DNA of 64,000 nucleotides from Oligoflexales bacterium (GTDB lineage Bacteria; Bdellovibrionota_B; Oligoflexia; Oligoflexales; Bog-1112): NCBI GenBank assembly GCA_045106415.1, contig JBGCEP010000001.1, positions 1 to 64,000 of the forward strand, read 5' to 3'. Shown piece by piece: positions 59,272 to 64,000 of this stretch (position 1 is its first letter; each line of letters starts with the position of its first letter). The notes under the pieces were generated by a model. It saw only the letters and a program-made list of their open reading frames with translations, ran no database searches and was not told where the DNA came from. The position numbers and the translations under genes were made by a program.

Positions 59272-60247
59272 ATTGAGTCTTAAATGTTCTTTAATTATAC
59301 CTGTTTATAATGAAGAATCTTGTTTAAGGAAATGCTTAGAGTCTTGTTTTCACCAGAGCCTACCATCAGACGATTATGAAGTTATAGTCGTTGATGATGG
59401 CTCTAGTGATGGCTCAGTCGCAATTGCACAAAGCTTTCCTGTACGAGTCGTTGAGCAAAAAAATCAAGGTCCTGCAAAAGCTCGCAACAGTGGGGCTGAA
59501 GTTGCACAAGGACGGATTTTTGTTTTTACAGATGCTGATTGTTATTTGTCGTATCATTTCTTGAAAAACATGACTGACCCTATTCTTTCTGGGGAGTGTG
59601 ATGGTGTTCAAGGGGTGTATGGTACTGAGCAAAAAGAATTTATGTCACAATTTGTACAAAAAGAGATTGAAAGCCGATATGATGTGATGAAGAAAAATCA
59701 ATACATCGATCACATCGGTACTTACGCAGCTGCCTATAGCAGCAACGTGTTTTGTTCTTTTGATGGCTTTTGTACGGACTTTAAGACAGCTTCAGGGGAA
59801 GATACAGAGTTTTCTCACAGGTTAGCTTCAAAAGGGCATTTGTTGAAGTTGTCGAATCATGCGCAGGTATTTCATGAACATCCTTCTCGATTTTTTGAAT
59901 ATTTGAGAATTAAGTTTTATCGGGGATATTGGCGAGTTTTACTTTATAGCCGACACCCTGAAAGGGTTTTGAAAGATAGTTACACACCTCAAATTCTTAA
60001 ATTCGAAGTGGCTATTGCGCCTGTCTTTTTATGTGGCTTGTTTCTGAGCTTATGGTTTGGTGAGTATTTAGTGATTGGGTTTAGTTTATTAACTGTTTAT
60101 GGAAAATCAAGTTTTGATATTGCTAAACGGATGCGAAGGCCTATATTTAGCTTTCCTTTAGTGCTTATTTCTGTGGTTGCTCGATCTTTATCGTTATGGG
60201 CAGGGCTTGTTGCAGGGAGCTGTTCTGGTTTGATAAGTCGTTCTTAA
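59264..60247 (+). CDS. Glycosyltransferase family 2
   Basis: IIPVYNE, VVDDGS, FTDAD, GED; C-terminal TM helices. Confidence 0.92.
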   Translation: MVELSLKCSLIIPVYNEESCLRKCLESCFHQSLPSDDYEVIVVDDGSSDGSVAIAQSFPVRVVEQKNQGPAKARNSGAEVAQGRIFVFTDADCYLSYHFLKNMTDPILSGECDGVQGVYGTEQKEFMSQFVQKEIESRYDVMKKNQYIDHIGTYAAAYSSNVFCSFDGFCTDFKTASGEDTEFSHRLASKGHLLKLSNHAQVFHEHPSRFFEYLRIKFYRGYWRVLLYSRHPERVLKDSYTPQILKFEVAIAPVFLCGLFLSLWFGEYLVIGFSLLTVYGKSSFDIAKRMRRPIFSFPLVLISVVARSLSLWAGLVAGSCSGLISRS

Positions 60248-60360
60248 TTATGAATATGATAATACTCTTCTAAGTCTATTTGCTTTTTGTTTCTTAAGAA
60301 GACAGAATGGACTCAAATCATTAAAGTCGAAATTGAATTTCTAAAATAGTAGTAAAGGAG

Positions 60361-61470
60361 ATGGCAATGATTAAAGCCACTGACTTAGATATGAGTGGTC
60401 ACGAACAGGTTATGTTTTGTCACGATGAAGAGACTGGCTTGAAGGCCATTATTGCTATTCATAATACAACTTTAGGACCAGCTTTAGGAGGGTCTCGTTT
60501 CTGGGATTATGCGCATCAAGATGAAGCTCTATTTGATGTTCTTCGCTTGTCACGTGGTATGACATATAAAGCAGCTATTTCTGGGTTGTCACTGGGTGGA
60601 GGGAAATCTGTTCTTATTGGTGATGCCAAAAAACTAAAATCTGAATCTTACTTTCGAGCTTTTGGCCGCTTTGTACATCATTTGAATGGCCGTTATATCA
60701 CCGCTGAAGATGTAAATATCAAGGTCGATGACATGAATACAGTGGCTCTTGAAACGCCTTATGTTACAGGTGTCTCAAGTCGACCTTCTGGGTCCGGTGA
60801 TCCGTCACCAGTCACAGCCTTCGGTGTGTTTTCTGGGTTAAAAGCAGCGGTGCAGTTTTATTATGGTCACCAGAATTTAAAAGGCCTTCACGTGGCAGTG
60901 CAAGGTTGTGGTGCTGTGGGACGAAATTTATGCCAGCTATTGCACGCGGAAGGAGCAGTACTTACTGTTGCGGATCTTCATGCGGAGTCCACGAAAAAAA
61001 TGGTAGATGAATTTGGTGCAAGAGTCGTTTCGATTGATGAAATTCATCGTGTAGAATGTGATGTTTTCGCTCCTTGTGCTTTGGGTGGGGGGTTGAACCC
61101 TGAAACGATACCAGAATTACAAACTCCTGTTGTCGCAGGTGGAGCTAATAATCAGCTTTTAGAAGAAGTTCGAGATGGTAAAGCTTTGATGGAGAAAGGA
61201 GTTTTATACGCTCCTGATTATGCGATTAATGCAGGAGGTCTTATTAATGTCTCTCATGAATTAAGAGGTTATAATCGTGATGCTGCAATGGCTGATACTG
61301 CGAAAATTTATGATACGATGTTAAATATTTTTGAAACAGCAAAATCGCAAAATATTCCAACGGCGCAGGCAGCTGGAGCTTTAGCTGAGCAAAGAATCAA
61401 GAAAGCTAAGACGGTAGAGGGGCGTCTCACGCAGTCTTGGCACAATCAAAGTTGGATTAAGGTTAAATAA
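60361..61470 (+). CDS. Leucine dehydrogenase (Glu/Leu/Phe/Val family)
   Basis: AIHNTTLGPALGG, GMTYK, GGGKSV, GGANNQL, PDYAINAGG. Confidence 0.93.
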   Translation: MAMIKATDLDMSGHEQVMFCHDEETGLKAIIAIHNTTLGPALGGSRFWDYAHQDEALFDVLRLSRGMTYKAAISGLSLGGGKSVLIGDAKKLKSESYFRAFGRFVHHLNGRYITAEDVNIKVDDMNTVALETPYVTGVSSRPSGSGDPSPVTAFGVFSGLKAAVQFYYGHQNLKGLHVAVQGCGAVGRNLCQLLHAEGAVLTVADLHAESTKKMVDEFGARVVSIDEIHRVECDVFAPCALGGGLNPETIPELQTPVVAGGANNQLLEEVRDGKALMEKGVLYAPDYAINAGGLINVSHELRGYNRDAAMADTAKIYDTMLNIFETAKSQNIPTAQAAGALAEQRIKKAKTVEGRLTQSWHNQSWIKVK

Positions 61471-61484
61471 TTTGAAAATTCTTC

Positions 61485-62708
61485 TTAGTTTTGAATGAAA
61501 AAAATTTGGCCTTTTTGATGTAGTTTAACCCTCTGTTTGAGGGTTTTTATTTTTGTTTTGATTTGAACAGTATGCTCCCCAAGAGGGAGCCAAATTCTTT
61601 TAATTGAAATATATTGAGGAAGCAAACTCCAACTGCGTGTATCTGCTGTTTCTGTTGCAGCTGTAATTATATTTGCAAGAAAACCACCGATTGGTCCAAA
61701 GCTTTTCCGGGCTTCTTGTACGAGGTTGGCTTTAGCGATGACTCTTGCGAAGCCTTTGGCTAATAAGCGAGTTCTTCTGTCTTCTAAGGAGTTGTGAGCA
61801 AGAGCATTGAAATCGACAGCTGTTTCTCCGTAATAAGTTTTGCCTGCGATAGTGATTTGTGTTTGTGGGTAAAATGGTGATTTTGATAGTGCTATGTAAG
61901 GAAAGGAGAACCTTATAGCTTGCTCATTGACAACTGTGATGAATTCTTTACTTTTTTTAATAGCAATATTCCCATCTCTTTGAATGACAACGACAGAGCT
62001 CCCAGTGTGAGCTGGTTTCTTGATGTGGTGCTTGATCTGCTTTAGAATGTCGATTCTTTTTTTCTTATACGCTAAGGCATAAAGAGAGTGCAGTAACGTT
62101 TTTGGAAGGCCTTGTGGCGCAAACTTTTTATAATTCCCTTTGTAGGCATGAAAAGCTTTCATGTAGTCAATGAGAGCGCTGTCGTCATCGTTATTTGCTT
62201 CAAAAATAAGACCTGAAAGCATCCAGGCAAATCCATCCTGATAATAGCTATGATTTTGATCTTTAAAAAAATTTAAACGTTGATTTATCCTTTTTGCTTC
62301 AACTCTTGCGCTTATAATATTTTGATCCTCAAGCCAAGAAAGAGCAGACATTGTGTGAATAGCAGTATGTTCATAGTCCTCCCCGGTATAGGATTGAGAA
62401 GATTCATTGATGAAAAAAGAAGATATAACCTCCGAAGCGCTTTTTGTATATGATTGATCAACAAGGTCTGAGGCGATATTAAGGTTAGAGCGAGCTTCTT
62501 GATGCTGTCCTAGCTGGGTTGCTATACTTGATTTTTCTAAATGATAGAGTAAAGTTTCTTTATTATCTTTGATATCAAGGTCATCTAGTTTTTTTTGAGA
62601 TTCTCTGTAATTCCCTTGGTAAAAAGAGTTTCTCATATCTTGATTGAGCTGTGTATAAGAAGCGCAGCTCATGAAGAAAAAACATAGTGGGAATAAGTAC
62701 TTTACCAT
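61485..62708 (-). CDS. COG3014-type TPR lipoprotein
   Basis: Lipobox FMSC, YTGEDYE, ARVEAKR, TETADTRSWSLLP; adjacent to lpoB. Confidence 0.8.
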   Translation of the reverse strand: MVKYLFPLCFFFMSCASYTQLNQDMRNSFYQGNYRESQKKLDDLDIKDNKETLLYHLEKSSIATQLGQHQEARSNLNIASDLVDQSYTKSASEVISSFFINESSQSYTGEDYEHTAIHTMSALSWLEDQNIISARVEAKRINQRLNFFKDQNHSYYQDGFAWMLSGLIFEANNDDDSALIDYMKAFHAYKGNYKKFAPQGLPKTLLHSLYALAYKKKRIDILKQIKHHIKKPAHTGSSVVVIQRDGNIAIKKSKEFITVVNEQAIRFSFPYIALSKSPFYPQTQITIAGKTYYGETAVDFNALAHNSLEDRRTRLLAKGFARVIAKANLVQEARKSFGPIGGFLANIITAATETADTRSWSLLPQYISIKRIWLPLGEHTVQIKTKIKTLKQRVKLHQKGQIFFIQN

Positions 62709-63286
62709 CCTAACCCTGAGCGTTGAAAGCGTTTTTTGATGAGATGTTTTTGGCTCCAAATAATTTCTGTTGTCTCTAGATTGGTTAAAATGAGATGTGT
62801 TTGATAAGTGACTGTTTTGTCGCCGTCTCTTTGATGAACTTGACTTGATATAGATCCAGACATCATAAAGTTCGCGCCAATTTGGTGCCCGATGCGACCA
62901 GCTGTTTGTTTAGAAACCATACCGCTGTTGTTTTGATACTGAATCTCTTTTAGAATTTTTTCGCGTTTTTCGCCGTTGATGAATCGAATTTTCCCAGAAT
63001 TAATGAGTTCATCAGTGATGTAGCCTTCAAAAGCTTTGCTATCGATATGTTCACTTGTTCTATTCTCAATGTGGTCCACAACGACAACTGGTTTTTTATT
63101 GTAGCGACCTTTAAATTCATAAATCCAAGGTTTTTGAATGACAGCATTAATTAGAATTTCAGCTGTTTTTCGAGCGTCTGTTTCATTCCATTTGTCGTCG
63201 AGAATTTCAACTTCTTCTGGATTGCTATATTGAGCTTGGTAAGTTGTACAACTACTTATGAGTGTGATGAAAAAAAATAGCTTCAA
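62702..63286 (-). CDS. lpoB: Penicillin-binding protein activator LpoB-like lipoprotein
   Basis: Lipobox ISSC; IENRTSEHID, GKIRF, IGANFMMSG, LTNLETTEIIWS. Confidence 0.82.
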   Translation of the reverse strand: MKLFFFITLISSCTTYQAQYSNPEEVEILDDKWNETDARKTAEILINAVIQKPWIYEFKGRYNKKPVVVVDHIENRTSEHIDSKAFEGYITDELINSGKIRFINGEKREKILKEIQYQNNSGMVSKQTAGRIGHQIGANFMMSGSISSQVHQRDGDKTVTYQTHLILTNLETTEIIWSQKHLIKKRFQRSGLGW

Positions 63287-63299
63287 ATTAAGACTCCTT

Positions 63300-63536
63300 T
63301 TAGTGATTGGATAATGTGTCTATACGCGTCCACCGGACTGTTAGTGAGGTGCGAACTTTGAGCTTTGTTGTTCCTAGAATATCAAACCCTAAAGAACCAA
63401 GCCATGTTGTTGAAAAATCTCTTAAGCGAAAAAGAGGGCTTGAGTGAAGTATATCTTGTTCTTGAGGGCTGCTTTGTAAAGAAGGTGAGTGAGATAGCGC
63501 TAGCGCGATAATAATAAAGGAAATTTTTCTGATCAT
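63300..63536 (-). CDS. Small exported hypothetical protein
   Basis: Signal-like N-terminus; ATGA overlap with the upstream ORF. Confidence 0.5.
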   Translation of the reverse strand: MIRKISFIIIALALSHSPSLQSSPQEQDILHSSPLFRLRDFSTTWLGSLGFDILGTTKLKVRTSLTVRWTRIDTLSNH

Positions 63537-64000
63537 GATTTTTTTCTTTCTGGTATCAAGTAGATTAACGTCATTTTAACATCAGCTTGGGCTGTTGCTA
63601 AAACTATTCTTCCTGCTCCTGAAATTTGAAAGCCCAGGAATAAAACTCTTGGCCGCCAATAACCATGATGATTGCGAAATCTTCGGATGAAAAACCTTCC
63701 GATCTTCATTGACTTTTTAAAACCTTTCACAAGCCTTTGAGGTATAACCTCAGAGTGAGAAGGTGTTTTTTTGGAGAGGTTTTGGAAATGATGAGGCGTT
63801 TTATTCGTTAAAATATTTACTTTTTTTGATGCTATATTAGGTTTTGTTGGTTGAGTTGTTCTACTGAGAGAAATGCTAAAATTTAAACCACCTTGTGCAT
63901 ATCCAACTCCAATGTCTCCACCCCCAGAAGCGCTGACTCCAAAAATAGCAGCGACAGGATGTTCTCCAAAGGGAGTTGTTATCGCAGCTCTTTCGAGTTG
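63533..64000 (-). CDS. Hypothetical protein, partial (open to window edge)
   Basis: Frame is open from 64000 (QLERAAITTPFG...) to the stop at 63533. Confidence 0.6.
   Translation of the reverse strand, partial: QLERAAITTPFGEHPVAAIFGVSASGGGDIGVGYAQGGLNFSISLSRTTQPTKPNIASKKVNILTNKTPHHFQNLSKKTPSHSEVIPQRLVKGFKKSMKIGRFFIRRFRNHHGYWRPRVLFLGFQISGAGRIVLATAQADVKMTLIYLIPERKKS

Overview
AT-rich bacterial chromosomal window. The gene content suggests a Bdellovibrionota/Oligoflexia-like deltaproteobacterial lineage, which is an inference from the TPR-ExeA-tamB-tamA operon, a TraF_2-like barrel, LpoB/COG3014, sigma28 promoters and many Sec-exported hypotheticals. The core genes are hppA, fabG, tamAB, folC, a 2-oxoacid:ferredoxin oxidoreductase operon, gap, htpX, a Ski2-like helicase, coaE, kynA and leucine dehydrogenase. 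The accessory content is as follows. (i) A 4.6-9.7 kb cluster of signal-peptide proteins: a SAMHD1-like HD hydrolase, an RNase II/R catalytic domain, and a eukaryote-type RING-IBR-Rcat (RBR) E3 ligase fused to hexapeptide repeats. (ii) A decayed IS66 next to a very AT-rich GT-C/acyltransferase-3 glycan-modification islet. (iii) A decayed IS630 sitting where strand G/C skew flips. (iv) A pilin-like protein ending in a Hedgehog-like Hint domain. (v) A ~3.9 kb integrase-less island at tRNA-Cys with an exported PPPDE-like peptidase, DUF2335, an RHH/XRE switch and a strongly structured non-coding segment. (vi) A ~516-bp MITE-like element. Two candidate sRNAs and a HEAT-repeat/HEPN protein were also seen. 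All family calls are from motif recognition by eye; no searches were run.
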